Below are positions 31,618 through 48,571 of a stretch of 64,000 bases of DNA, one piece after another; within the stretch, counting starts at the first letter, position 1; every line of letters begins with the position of its first letter. The DNA comes from the human T2T-CHM13v2.0 reference genome, Homo sapiens. The notes under the pieces were generated by a model. The model was not told where the DNA came from and did not search any database. It saw nothing but the letters and a program-made list of their open reading frames with translations. The stretch is from assembly GCF_009914755.1 (NCBI RefSeq), contig NC_060926.1; one strand, 5' to 3'. The position numbers were made by a program, and so were the translations under genes.

Positions 31618-32569
31618 CTTGAAGGAGAGGTTAATTAAGTCCTGTTGTGGGGTTTGAGGGCCGGAATTTAATTTTTGGAGTTTTATTTAATGTCGGGAGC
31701 AGATTGGGTGATAAAATGTATATTGAGACTAAGACAGCCTTTTGACCTTTTAGGGTCTAGGGCTGTAAAGCGTATCAGGTTTGCTGCCGAATGAGCCATG
31801 AACTGGGCTGGGTTTTTCATATTTGATGAAAGAGCCTACATGCTCACTGATTTGGGAGAGGTCTGATAAAGAAAAAGGAGCATGAACCTTGACTATGCCT
31901 TTAGCTTCAGCCACCTTTTTAAGAGGAAATTGCTGGGCAGGTGGGGGAGGGCTACTCACGGAATGAAACTGTAAACCAGACTGGGTGTGAGGAGGGGAGG
32001 TGATAAAAAGATTATAGGGTGGAGGAGCAGGCCGAGGAAGAATTGGGACCTAGCTCGGCCTGGCGAGGAGCAGCCTGGGGAGGAGGGGAGAGGTCAGATG
32101 GGTCTGTAGAAAAGGAAGATTAGAAAGACTCAGCGACGCTTGGGGTTGGGACTGAGGGGACAGGTGGGAGGGAAAGAAGGAAGATTTGGGATGAGTTGCA
32201 TTGGGAACAGAGACTAGAGAGGGACCGATGTGTGAAAGAATGCCTGGACGTCAGGCACCTCAGACCATTTGCCCATTTTACGACAAGAATTTTTTAGATC
32301 TTGTAGGACAGAAAAATTGAAAGTGCTATTTTCCAGCTATTTGGAACTGTCGGGTTTGTATTGGGGTCAAGCGGCATTGCAGAAGAAAATAAGATGCTTA
32401 GATTTTAGGTCAGGTGAAAGTTGAAGAGGTTTTAAGTTCTTAAGAACACAGGCTAAGGGAGAAGGAGGAATGGAAGGTGGAAGCTTGCCCATAGTGAAGG
32501 AGGCAAGCCCAGAGAAGAGTAGATACACGGAGAAGGGGTGGGGGGGTTCTTGCCCTCCAGAAAAGCAGA

Positions 32570-32690
32570 GAAGGGGTCAGGGCACAGAGATACGAGGTCA
32601 GGGCACGGAAATAAGGGATCAGGGTGCAGAGATATAAGAGGTTGGGGCGTGGAAATAAGGGATCGGGGCACAGAGATACGAAGTTGGGGT
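32570..32690. repeat. HERV-H leader tandem repeats
   Basis: Alternating ggggcacagagatacgag / ggaaataagggatc units. Confidence 0.7.
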
Positions 32691-33155
32691 ACTTGCCTCT
32701 CCCCCAGAAAAGCGGGACTTGCTGCTAAGGGTGAAGGACCAAGGCAGGTGTCCCTGCGTGGTCTGACACCTCTGAAACCTGGGTGAATAATCAGAGAGGT
32801 GTCCCTGCAATGATTAAACACCAAAGGAAGGCTGCCTTCCCTAGTCCCTGACTGGCACCAGAGTTTTGGTTCCACGGATAAAACGTGTCCCCTTTGTCTC
32901 TACCAGAAAATGAAAGGAATTGAAATTAAGAGAAGGGAGAGATTGAAGTGTGGCACCAAGATTGAAAGGAGAAAGAGGTTGAGGGATAGTGAGGGAGGTT
33001 GGAGAAGAGAGTAAAAAGAGGCTGCTTACTGGATTTGAAATTGGTGAGATGTTTCTTGGGCTGGTTGGTCTGAGGACCTGAGGTCATAGGTGGATCTTTC
33101 TCACAGAGCAAAGAACAGGAGGATGGGGGATTGATCTCCCAAGGGAGGTCCTCCG

Positions 33156-33173
33156 ATCCGAGTCACGGCACCA
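33156..33173 (-). other. Primer binding site, tRNA-His
   Basis: Minus strand TGGTGCCGTGACTCGGAT, 2 nt inside the 5' LTR boundary. Confidence 0.95.
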
Positions 33174-33175
33174 AA

Positions 33176-33585
33176 TTTCATGTGCGTCCATGTGAAGAGA
33201 CCACCAAACAGGCTTTGTGTGAGCAACATGGCTGTTTATTTCACCTCGGTGCAGGCGAGCTGAGTCCAAAAAGAGAGTCAGCGAAGGGAAATGGGGTGGG
33301 GCCGTTTTATAGAATTTGGGTGGTAAAGGAAAATTACAGTCAAAGGGGGTTGTTCTCTGGCGGGCAGCAGTGGGGGTCACAAGGTACTCACTGGGGGAGC
33401 TTTTGAGCCAGGATGAGCCAGGAGAAGGAATTTCACAAGACAATATCATCAGTTAAGGCAGGAACAGGCCATTTTCACTTCTTTTGTGGTGGAATGTCAT
33501 CAGTTAAGGCAGGAACTAGCCATCTCGATGCGTACGTGCAGGTCACAGGGGTATGATGGCTTAGCTTGAGCTCAGAGGCCTGACA
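33176..33585 (-). promoter_or_regulatory. HERV-H 5' LTR (LTR7, LTR7up-like) promoter
   Basis: Duplicated cctgccttaactgatga block, ccaccACAAAAGAagtg, GC box and TATAAAA on minus; by eye about 21 substitutions and 3 indels versus the 3' LTR. Confidence 0.93.
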
Positions 33586-33912
33586 TTACTTTTAGAAGGT
33601 AAGTAAATTTGTATCACTGGAAGAATAACCAACTTAAAAAATATAAAACAACAACCAAATACTTTATAGGACTTTAGAAGAAAAATACCCAAAACTGTAA
33701 CTGAAATTCTTGTCATCAAGACATCAGGAAAACTATAGAAGAGTTTCCTGACATGTCAGGCACTGCAATTAAAGGCTCTTGTAACTATCAAACCTTTTTG
33801 AGTAGATCAAGCATTTGCAAAACTGGAGAGAGAGCATGGCTGATTCTAACATAGTGAAGGAACATTAGCAAGGCACTAAAAATCAACCTGGCAAAAGTTG
33901 TCAGTGGCCTCT

Positions 33913-34235
<323 letters not shown>

Positions 34236-35388
34236 TTAATTTTACATGATAGACAAATTCAGAGAAAAAATGTACTATTATTTTATTCAAATCAGAAATG
34301 TAGATAAAACCTCAATCTTTTTTTCTTACCACAAAATTATTCTGTTAATTTTATTGGTATTAAATGGGTCTCAATCACAAATCTACTAAAGAAGTAGTAC
34401 GTCTCCATGTTGCCATACAAAACAGTCAAAAATCAATAGTAATTATGTTTTTAGAGCCTGAATGTGAAGAAATGTTCAATTCTTCGAAATTTTAGATTCT
34501 AAGATGTATTAAAATTTTAAATAATATTTAATTATATAAATACATGATGCTGTTGGCTAATTGGACAGTATTTTTGTTTATTTAAGGGAGCATAATTGTT
34601 TCCTGGAAAAGCTGTTATCAAAATAATGATGTTTGTTAATGTCACAGCCATCTTAGAAATAGGAAAATGTAATGACATTTAAAAAATCATTATCTTAAAT
34701 TCTCCTCCTCGTCACTGGGAATATAATTGAAATAGTATTAACAATGTAAGTTAATATGAGGATATCAATGCAGTATCATGTCTCAGAATACAAAATCTGC
34801 AATTGATCAGGGGTATCATATTATATACATCCATATTTTACAGGCTAAAAACATAAAAACCTAAGTGTGCCAAAATAACTCCCCAAGGCTGGACATACAT
34901 GGCCTTAAATCCCAAGATTAGCATCACGCGTGATGGTAAGGCATCAGATGTTAACTCGACTCAGACCTCATATTACCCAGGGAGGCAATGACAGAGCCAT
35001 TATTCAGACTTGGTATGACTCCCAGGCCAAAGTTCTTTCTCCCATGCACACTAGGTCATCATTCCTTCATCAAGCTGTCACTGCAGTAGAATAATGATGG
35101 TGTCAGTAGAGCTGGATAAGAGCCTACACTTAATACAGTTTTGAAAATGGCAAAGCTTATTTAGCAAAACACAGTCAATGTCATTTTCCACTATGATGTG
35201 TCATATCTCAGCACCTTTCTGGAGCACAGTTACTTGGAGGAATTTTTTCACCAGGAACCTGTGTTGATCAGATGACCACAGGGTACCACAACCATATAGC
35301 CTCACCACTATTGGTGGCAATACAGCATATACTCAGTTTTCAAAGAGTTGCTCTAAGTTTAGACCAGGTTGAAGTGAGAAAGGGCATG

Positions 35389-35451
35389 GAGGAAGAGGAG
35401 AGGAGAGGAGGAGAGGAGAGGAGGAGAGAAGAGGGGAAGAGAAGAGAGAAG
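35389..35451. repeat. GA-rich simple repeat (GGAGA)n
   Basis: Pure purine tract. Confidence 0.9.
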
Positions 35452-36225
35452 GCATTCTGGGTTGCACAGCTTTGTGTACCAGATTAATAAGAAAAAATTT
35501 CAGGGCACAGTACCCAATTTTAAAATAATTGCCATTTTGTGAGATTTTATTTGTCTCAGTTGACAGAATGTTATGAGTTCTATAATCAGAGGCTGGGCAG
35601 ATAGAAAGGATCAGCTATAAGCCAGAAGTCTCAGGTATTCCAATTACAGGCTGTATTCCTTTGAGCAATATCTTCTCTCGGTTACAATGTCAACATCAGT
35701 AAAATATGGATAAGAAAAGCAAACTTTTTTGGCTCCCAAGGTTGCTGTATGGTACAAGTAAAATTAGACACAAACAATAGTAGCAACAATTGTGATGGCC
35801 ATTTCTATCCATTAAATCACAGAACTGTGTATCTCCATTCTACAGATGATAAAAGTAGGGCCAGATGAGTGTTCAGTGAGTTCAAATTAAAGGTCCAAAT
35901 ACATCATTCTTCCTATTCTATCTCTTTGCATATGTAGATATGTAGTCAACTACAAAGCTCTGTATGAACAAATAAGCTTTTAGTTTTATAAACTAACAGA
36001 AAAATCCTGATTATTTGATCATTTTTTTCTCTCCATAAAATCTTTTAAGGTCATTAGTAGAAGCTAATTTCAAATTTAGAGTTGTTAATTTTGGTGTATA
36101 TTTCACTGATGCTTTTTACATTATTGAGAAAAAAATGTGATACCGCCAGTTGGAGGACCATTTGGCCAGCCGTGGTCATGCATTCCTGCCACATCACTCT
36201 TCATAAAATTCAAAATAGCAGACAT

Positions 36226-39200
36226 CTTTTTAAACTGAGGTAAATTCACATATTCACCATTTTAACAATTTTAAACTGTACAATTCAGTAGTGTTTAGGA
36301 CAGGGTGGTGCCGGCATCACCACAATCTTAATTTCAGAAAATATTTATCACCCCAAAAAGAAACTCCGTAGCCATTAAACAGTCATTTATTGCCATTCTC
36401 CTTCCCCATTCACTACTGGAAACCACTAATATTATTGTCTTTATGAATTTACCTATTCTGAACATTTCATAGATATGGAATCATAATATGTGTTTTTTTG
36501 TGACTGGCTTCTTTTACTTAGCCTAATGTTCTCAAAATTCACTGATATTGCAGCATGCCTCAGGACTACATTTTATATCTAAATAATATTCCACTGTATA
36601 GATATAGCACATTTTTTTTTATCCATTCACCAACTGATGCATATACAGGCTTTTCCACTTTGGGGTATTAATAATAATACTGTTTTGAGTGCTTATGTAC
36701 AACTGCTTAACATCTGTTTTTAATTCACTTGAGTACATACTTAGGAGAGGAATTAGTCATATGGTAATTCCATGCTTAATTTATAAAGATTCTCACCAAC
36801 ACTTGTAATTTCCCATGTTTTTAATTATAATCATTCTAATGGATATAAACTGGTATTTCATTTTGATTTTCATTTAAATATTCTTAATGACTAATGGTAT
36901 TGAGCATCTTTGCTGTGCTTATTAGCCATTTGTACATCTTTGGGAAACATATCTATTCAAGTCTTTGTCCATTATTTTTCCGTTGGGTTTTTTGTACTTT
37001 TGTAAATTGAGTTGTAATAGTTTTTATAGATTCTAAATACTACTCCCTTGTCAGATATATAATTTGCAAATATCCCCTCTGTGGGCTGTCTTTTTGTTTT
37101 CCTGATAATGCCCTTTGATGCACAAAAGTTGTTAATTTTGATGAAGTCCTATTTGTCTTTTTTGTTTTGTTTTTGTGTTTCTGTCTTATCTAAGATTTAA
37201 CTGACAAAACCAAGTTTATGAAGATTTGCCCCTAGGTTTTCCCCAAAGAGTTCTGTTGTTTTGGCCCTTATGTTTAGGTATTTAATTAATTTTGAGTGTA
37301 TTTTGTATATGGCATGAGGTAAGGCTTCAACTTCATTCTTTTGCATGTGGTTTTCCAGTTGTGTTAGCACCTTTTGTGGAAGAGATTATTCTCTCTATCA
37401 AATGGTCTTGGTACCCTTGTTGAAGATCAACTGACTGTAGATGTATAGGTTTATTTCTGGATGTTCAACTCCATTTATCTATATGAATATTTTTATGCCA
37501 GAACCATGCTGCCTTAATTACTGTCCTTTGGTCATAATTTTTAATTTGGTCAGTGCGAGTCCTCAAAATTTGATCTTCGTTTTAAGACTGTTTCTATTAT
37601 TTGGGGTCCCCTGTAATTTCATATAAACTTTAGTATTAACTTGCTCATTCCTGGAAAAAAAATGAAATTTTTATAGGGATTGCATTGAATCTGTAGATCT
37701 ATTTGGGGAGTATTACCATCTTAAGTCTTAATCGTCATATTAGATCTTCCAACCCATGAACACACAATGTTTTTCCTTTTATTTAGGTCTTTTCAAATTT
37801 CAAAATAACACTGTTTTGTACTTTTTAATGTTTAAGACCTGTATCTCCTTGGTTAAATTTATTCCTAATGTTTTATTATTTTTGATGCAATTTTAAATGG
37901 AATGGTTTTCTTAATTTTACTTTTGAATTGTTCATTGCTAGAGTGTAATACAACTAATTTATGTGCATTATAAATCTTGTGTCTTGCAACTGGATTGAAT
38001 TGGTTTCTTAGCTCTAAAGTTTTGTGGATTATTTAGAATTTTCTACATATAAAATTATGCCTTCTGCAAATAGATGGTTTAATTCTAACTTTCAAATTTG
38101 TATGTTTTTTATTTCTTATTCTTATTTCCTGACTGATACTTGTAGTGTGATTCTTAAATACCAATGGCAAAACAAAGCACTCTTACTTTGTGCATAATCA
38201 TTGCAGGAGAGGTTTCAGTCTTTCATCATTGAGTTTGATGTTAGCTGTGGGTATTTAAAAATAAATGCCCTTTATCTGGTTGAGGAAGTTTCCTCCTATT
38301 TCTATTTTGTTGAGAATTTTCATGATTATCATTTTGTCAAAGGCTGTACCTATTTACCTATTGAGATAATCATGTGTTTCTTTCTGATTATATTAATATG
38401 GTGTATTACACTGGTTAGTTTTCATATGTTGAACCACCTTTCTTTTATCAGATAAATTTCATTTGGTCATGGTATACAATCCTTTTATGAGCTATTGGAT
38501 TAGGTGTGCTAGAATTTTGTTGAGAATTTCTGCATCTTTATTTGTAAGTCATATTTTATAATGATCTATTCTTGTCACGTCTTTGGCTTTGGTGTCATGG
38601 TAATATCAGCTTCATAGAATGAGTTTGGATTTATTCTTCAGTTTTTGTGGAAGAGTTTAAGAAGATTTGATATTAACTTTTCATTGCAAGTTTGATCTGT
38701 TCAGACATGTTCCCTTTTGGTTTAACTTTCTCTCTTTTTCTAGTTCCTTGAGGCAGAAAGTTATGTCATTGATTGGCTATTTTTATTCTTTTTTAATGTA
38801 GGAGCTCATAAGTATACATTTCCCTCTAAATGCTGCTTTCTTTTCATCTCATAAGTTCTCATGTGTGGTGGTTTTATTTTCATTTATATGAAAGTATCTT
38901 CAAATTTCACTTGTGAGAAAAATTGTTTTCTTTTTTATTTGACCCATTAACTTCTTAACAATGTTTTCCTTTATTCTCCACGTATTTGTGAATTTTTCAA
39001 ATTTCTTTCTGGATATTAATTTCTAATTTCATTCTCTTGTGATCTGTGATCTAAGACTTTTAGGATTTTAATCTTTTAATAACTTACCAAAACTTGTTTT
39101 TTGGTCTAACATATGATTTATACTGGAGAATGCATCTGGGCACTTAAAAACAACGTATATTCTGCCACTGTTGGGTGTAGCATTCTATAGATGTCTGCTA

Positions 39201-39365
39201 AGTTTAGTGAGTTTATATTTTCTACTCTTCTAATTCCTTGCTGATCTCCTATTTTTTCCATCCATTATTGAAATTTGGGTATTAAAGTCTCTATTATTTC
39301 TGAACTATTTGTCCCTTCAATTCTATAAATTGTTGCTTCATATATTTTGGGCTCTGTTGTTAGGT
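36226..39365 (-). mobile_element. L1MB-type element (3'UTR and decayed ORF2)
   Basis: ttgaggtaaaattcaca-like 3' end, long T-rich antisense ORF2. Confidence 0.8.
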
Positions 39366-39534
39366 GTTGGAAGGCATTGTCATTATCTCTTAGGTAGAAC
39401 TGTAGAGTAATGAGGTCTCCTCATCCTCAAACATGAAAATGTGGCTAAGACACTGGAGAGGCACCAAGTATCAATATACTTTCCTAAATTAATTGACAGC
39501 CAGTATTTTCACACTTTCTTTACTCATCTCTAAC

Positions 39535-39905
39535 TTTATACAATGGATTTCTGTGCAGCAAATGAAAAGAACACAACATGACTACAAGCAACAATAGGAA
39601 AGACCCTCACAAATATAATTTGAAATAAAAAAAGATAAAAAAAGTGTATAACATGTGATTCCATTTATATAAAGTCCAAAAACAGCCAAGCTAATCTATG
39701 ATATTAGAATTCAAAATAGCTGTTACTTTTGAGGTATAAACATGATGAGGAATGGAATAAAGAAGGCTTCTGGGTGCTGGTAATGTTCTTATTTTTTTAT
39801 CTGAGTGCAGGTTATATAGGTAGAGTCACTGTTTTGAAAACTCCTTGAGGTATAAACTTATGTGGACTTTTCCTTGTATATTATGCTTGGAGAAAAGAAA
39901 AATAG
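39535..39905 (+). mobile_element. L1ME-type 3' end
   Basis: tgattccatttatataaag...ggcttctgggtgctggtaatgttct. Confidence 0.7.
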
Positions 39906-40109
39906 TAAAAGCAACACTTTAAAAAACTATATAAAACTTTAAGAAACTATATAAAAAATTCACATGTGTATAATTGTTGAAAAATATTTGGACCCTGTTC
40001 AAAGGGTACAGCTTCAAATTAATCAAATGAGATTCAAGGCATAGAATTACCGATATCAGCTGGCAGGTTAAAAGAATATTGTTATGAGGAGAATTTTAAT
40101 TATATATAT

Positions 40110-42645
<2,536 letters not shown>

Positions 42646-45155
42646 TTCCCCTTACATTTTAAAATACCTTAAAAATAGATACATTTTTCAAATTTTGGAG
42701 AAAATATGTGTTTAATTGAAAGAAATTCCTTGAGATATACCCAATAAATATGATATCCCAATTAAAACAAGATAATAAGACTCTGCATGTCCATTACAGA
42801 TTGACATACAAATACTACTTAAACTAATCTCTAAAGAGAGCGTATTTTCCAGGTGAAGTCAAGGTTTGGCATCAACTGAAGAGAGATTTGGAAAAAATGA
42901 TAATATATCAGTATTCATAGGTTTCTTTCTAATATTCTAGCATTGAAATTCCAAAAGAGAATAAGGTAAATACTGTATGGATTTAAATAAAAGATAAAAA
43001 TTGTGACATAAGTAATGAAAATGTATAGATAAAAATTTTATCAATTTGCAACAATTATATTTCTTCATATTAACATCATTTCAATGAATTTCTAGCTCAC
43101 TTTAAAAAGCCATTGTCTTAAAATTTTATTGACAACTCCAGTTGCTTCTGTTTTTACAGAATTGTTCTCCAAATCGAAATTTTAATGACTCAAAAAAGTT
43201 GTGTAATTTGGCATTTTTGTCAGCAGTATTCAAAGTGGTGTGGAAATACTGATTATAACAACATAATGACTGATTGTGAGACTGAAAGTAAAGATAAATT
43301 TAATAGTTTCAGTATAAATGTACAGTAAGTCATGTATGTCTTCTTTGTGTAAAGTATCACTATATTAGCCAACTAGATACATGAAATAATAGATTTAGTA
43401 TTTATATTTTGATGACTTTCAGCCATAAAAATTTAATCTTTTGCACATTTAAAAACATTTTAAACATTTGCCAAGATAGAAGGATGGCAATTGGGCTCAT
43501 ATTATTTAACAGATGTTTATGTTGACAATAGCTTAAATATTTAGACATATGGAATTAGGCCTCCATATTTATATTCTTCCTCCAGACCCACAAATGTTAG
43601 AGATGGGCCTGGTCCCAGCAACAGCTGTAGAACTTTCTTGTGACTTGTATGGGTTTTTATCACTAACAAATAAGACCAGCCTTTTGGTTACTAGTATGCA
43701 TTCTGGGTACGCAGGTTATATGTGGAGAGTAAATTCTGACCCCCATTGCCATGCAAGCCAAAGCTGTACAACTGAGCTTTTGTGCATTATGTTGCTTAGA
43801 TGCCTACACTCCCTTGAAGACTAAAGTCCTAGCCTAAATTACATATAAAGGGTGGAGTTCTGCCATCTTATTTCCCATAATCCTCTACTTGCCTCAATAG
43901 CTCGAAGTCAGATTTCCTGGTATGAAAGAACAACCCACCCAAATTCCAAGAATTGTCTACTGTCTAGATATCCTGGTCAGAGATTTGGAGCCTGTCCTCT
44001 AAGGCAGAAGTCCTAGTCCTAAAGATTCACCTCTAAGCTGAACATACAGAGCCAAGCACATTCTTTGTATTACTGTCCAATGTCCATATGAAGCCTTTTC
44101 AATCAAGTACAAATTTCTTTCTCCCCTCTACTGCCTTTATATGGAAAACCATGCCTGGCACCAAGTTAGGTTAATAATTGATCCTTTCATCAACATGTGG
44201 AGTCCGCTAGTCCCAGAACCATTGATAAAATGGCATCTCTGAATAGAACAGAAGGAAGATGAGGAATATCAGGAAATATAGCTTCATCAGTACTAGTAAG
44301 CCATTTTATGAAGGGTGTCAAAAGACAAGTGCGGTTAACAAGTCTTGATCAAGACTTGACAAAGAAATTGGCATGTCAGAAAGATAAAACTAGCACTTTC
44401 TGATGTGCCTAATTACATATGGGGAGGAACTTGGGACAAGGAGTGATACAAGCTCAGAATTAATTTCACATTAGAATTGTATCTTTCTGCTGAAATGATC
44501 ACCAGGTATTTTACAAACCTGAAATTACCCAGTGGGCAGTAATTCTTCCAAAATCCTTTCTCCACAGGTCAGCAGTGAGAATTGTAGAACCAAAAATCAT
44601 CTTCTCTTTCCAATCGAGAATATATGTATGTCTATATAGATACACACACATAAGAATCAAGAAAACCAATTTGGTTCCACTTACTGAGTTATGACATTTG
44701 CTTATAGTGCAAATCAGTCATCTACTCAATATATTATGCTTTGACACCTTCTAGGCACTGTTATTCTTTCACTGTCGTGTCTAACAGTTTCTATTTTTTG
44801 ATCTGTATTTGTGTGTTCAGAGCTCGAACTGCTGAAGTTAATGTTGGTCTAGGTCATTTATTTACTAAACAAGCCCTGCTCATAGATTAATCAGCAGTTG
44901 CCTGAGACCATTGATGGCTCCACTCCTTTACAGATTTCAGCACTATACTGAGATTTTTTTCCTTCAGTGCCATTAGTGTCTCCATCGCAGACACTAAATC
45001 CTTTTGTAATTACTCACCTTCATAAGATTTGTCATATGACAAATCTTTACATTCAGACACAGCTTTCCCTCTTTACATTCAGACACAGCAACCTCCACCC
45101 TGCCCCCAGACGTCTCCTTTCTGCCCTAGGACTTACAATAGAACAAAAGATGTCA

Positions 45156-45210
45156 AAATGTTGTTTCAAATTCAAATGTTGTTTCAAATTCGAAATGTAA
45201 TTTCAAATTC
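45156..45210. repeat. 18-bp tandem repeat x3 (aaatgttgtttcaaattc)
   Basis: Units 45156-45173 and 45174-45191 identical; 45193-45210 has 2 mismatches. Confidence 0.9.
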
Positions 45211-45334
45211 AAAGATTTAAGTAAATGTATATGTTATTTTAAAATCATATTGGAATTTTTTAGAAATGTGTGTGGGTTTAGGGAAGAAGCATGGAGAAAA
45301 GTGGTAAAGGAAGGGTGATGCTTCTATTTTCTGG

Positions 45335-45470
45335 GTACCCACATTGGACCAGCCCCCGCTATCGACTTTACTTAACATTACTATGTTAATTTTTTGAGAA
45401 AATTAGGTTAAAGGTGAGGAAACTGAGGCCCAAATTTATTTTATATCTCACTACTCCCAGTCACACTGTT
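45335..45470 (-). mobile_element. MIR remnant
   Basis: MIR core gaggaaactgaggccca. Confidence 0.5.
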
Positions 45471-46018
45471 AGCAAAACTATGATGGGTATGGCTACAGGA
45501 AATAAATCAAAGAAATTAAGTTCCCAGCACCCTGATAAAATATGTAATATTGGTTAAACATTATTTCACTTCTTTATGCCTTATTTTCCTCAGCTATAAA
45601 ATCAAGGTAGAATAATAACATTATTTCTTTCTCAGCAGTTTTAAGTATCATACGATGCTTACCCTATTTTGTCCAGTTTCCCAAAATAATTAACAAAATA
45701 TAAATATAGTAAGTAGCAAATAGACTTACATCCGAAAAATATGGTCTAGACTTACTATGTAGGATTGGCACAGGAAAGACTGTTTTTAATAACCCATAGA
45801 TCTATACTTACCTCATATCTCATAGAATTGTTGAATTGAAGAAGCTTGGAGCAGAAATGTCTTTGGAAAAATATTCAGTATTATGGCATTATATCCCCTC
45901 CTGTGGGGAACGAGAATGGGTGCTTTTCTCTCACATCCAGGCCAAGGTGAGAGGCTTTGGTGGGACCACGCTAGATCTTGAGCTGTGAACACTGGAGGCT
46001 CATGACTGAAGGAGCCTA

Positions 46019-46483
<465 letters not shown>

Positions 46484-46599
46484 CTAGGAAGGAAGCTGTG
46501 CTGGAAACTAACCACACTCCCAGAGTTTACTGGAGAAAAGATGGAAGAGGTATGAGCCAAACACAAAAGGAAAAGGAATGCTCCTGACACCCACCTGAG

Positions 46600-47451
46600 G
46601 GTATTGGAAGCCTAGGGAAAAGCTCTCAAACCATGTTTTTCCTCTGCTCCCACACAACAATCAACACAGCAGACAGCAGCTACGCGCCATCTAGTTAAAT
46701 TCTGACACTGTCTACCTGGAGACAGCATCAAATCCCACAGAATGAGGGCTCAGTCTTCAAAACTGTCCCCAGTCCATTGTAAATCTGGGCCTCCTTACCT
46801 TCTGACTGACCAGCTTCAAATTGGGGTTCCCATGACCCCCTCTTTGGGTTTGGTTAATTTGCTAGTTGCCTCACAGAACTCAGGGCAACATTTACTTACC
46901 GTTACTGGTTTATTATAAAGGATATAGATGAAAAGATGCACAGGGCGATGTATGGGAAAGGGGATGCAGAGCTTCCATGCCCTCCCTGGGTGTGCCACTC
47001 TCCAGGAACTTCCAGGTATTCAGCTGTCCACAAGTTCATCCAAACCCGGTCCTCTTGGGTTTTTATGGAGGCTTCATTACATAGGCATGATTGACAACCC
47101 TGTAGAAGTGTGATTGGACAAAATGAGCATGATTTAAACTCAGCAAGGTCTGTCCAGACTTTTGTTGGCCTCTTTGTATAGCATTTCGTCTTCTAGGGTA
47201 GGGGCCAAGAACCTATATGGAATGAAAGTCTTTGGTCTCATAATCAGATTATGCCCTGCCTTGGGCAGGTGAAAGAAGGACAAGAGAAGTTCAGAGCAGG
47301 AGATTCTGCACCTGAGGCCTAAAGCACCCCAACTAATTATAACGAAAGACTGAAACAAGGGCTATGGGAGTCATGAGCCAGGAACTGTGGACAAAAACCT
47401 GTGCGTGTGTGTGTGTAATGAGTATATGTATAGATAAAATCATAATATCAC
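46600..47451 (-). mobile_element. MER21-like LTR
   Basis: tgacactgtctacctggagacagcatca...tttttatggaggcttcattacataggcatgattg...gagccaggaactgtggacaaaaac match recalled MER21 segments. Confidence 0.72.
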
Positions 47452-48571
47452 CTTGCTCAAAAAAGAGTGGCTGGTGTAAATCTAAAAGAAACCTGAGAAG
47501 TCCAACTCCTGATTAGAAACCTATGCGTGATTTTTCAGGCCTGACCATAGGGAATTACAAAGGCTTTATTTGGTTGGCCTCAGCGGGAAGTTGCCCTCCC
47601 TACATAAGACTTGGTGTACGCTAATTCACAATAGATGGCAGTCTCTGAAGGGGGCTGTGCTCAAGGACTCAGACCTCCCTATGCACCATGCTGTTTTCAC
47701 TATTTGTGTTCCTAGCCCAGGTGCCTTCATAGCTGGATCTGGTCCTCAGGTGCTTTTGCAAAGGCCTCCTTGTGGGCAGAAGGAGCAGAGAACCCTGAAG
47801 ACACTCTTGCCCACTCTGAGTCAATATTCAGTACTTATCCACACTAGCCCTTTCCTCTTTTCTCCCCTCTGGCCCAGGGGCTTAGATCTTTAAATGAAAT
47901 GGGATACCCTAGCCAATTAAAGAGGTGATTGGGATAAACCAAATCCACAAATACAGCTTGAGGAAGACTTTTCAAAAGGTGAATATGAAATTCTTAGCCC
48001 TTGCAATCGTACATTATAATGGTGACTTCTGTATTTCCCCCCTTACATATTCATAGAAGTTCAGTTAATAGCAGCTATTGTTTTAAAAAAAAGCAATAAT
48101 CATGTGAATAATAATCCTTAGTTTAAAAATATGAACATCATTTGCTGTTTTATAAATTAAAAATTGTGAAAAGTCAGCAATTTCACTTGTTTAACCTAAT
48201 ACAAGTCCTTGACCATCAGTGAAATGATAAAAACATATTCCATAGGAGTGTAAGAAAGGAGCAGCTCACCAATCTAAGTGGAGGAGAATAAGCAAAGAAT
48301 ATTTTGAGGTTGTAACAGAATGGACTTTTAAAAGATGTTTAAATAATTAGTAGAAGTTAGCTAGGGATGAACAGAAGAGGGGCATTCCAGGCAGAGGAAC
48401 AGTATATGTAAAGACTATACTACAAAAAAGCTAAGCAGCAGTTAGGGACCAGAATTCATTGGCTAAGTCACATTTGAACATGTGAACTAGAGAAGTGGAG
48501 ACAAGATCTTAAGCTAAGGATTTTACCCTGAAGCTCACTGATCAAGAAAGGGGCCAGAGAGCATTTGCCTG

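Larger units (their letters stand above)
28050..33585 (-). mobile_element. HERV-H provirus (common internally deleted type, 5536 bp)
   Basis: Two ~410-bp LTRs, tRNA-His PBS, PPT, gag/pol remnants, 5-bp TSD ttact at 28045-28049 and 33586-33590. Confidence 0.97.

Noticed and set aside
32570-32690. Repeat-spacer pattern reminiscent of CRISPR
   Set aside because: Ordinary HERV-H leader repeats in primate DNA; no unique spacers or cas genes
33747-33760. 14-bp palindrome cctgacatgtcagg
   Set aside because: A single short palindrome is plausible by chance in 64 kb; not a full p53 element
43549-43824. 91-aa ATG ORF in unique DNA (also the 107-aa ORF at 47570-47893)
   Set aside because: No recognisable homology, motif or exon structure
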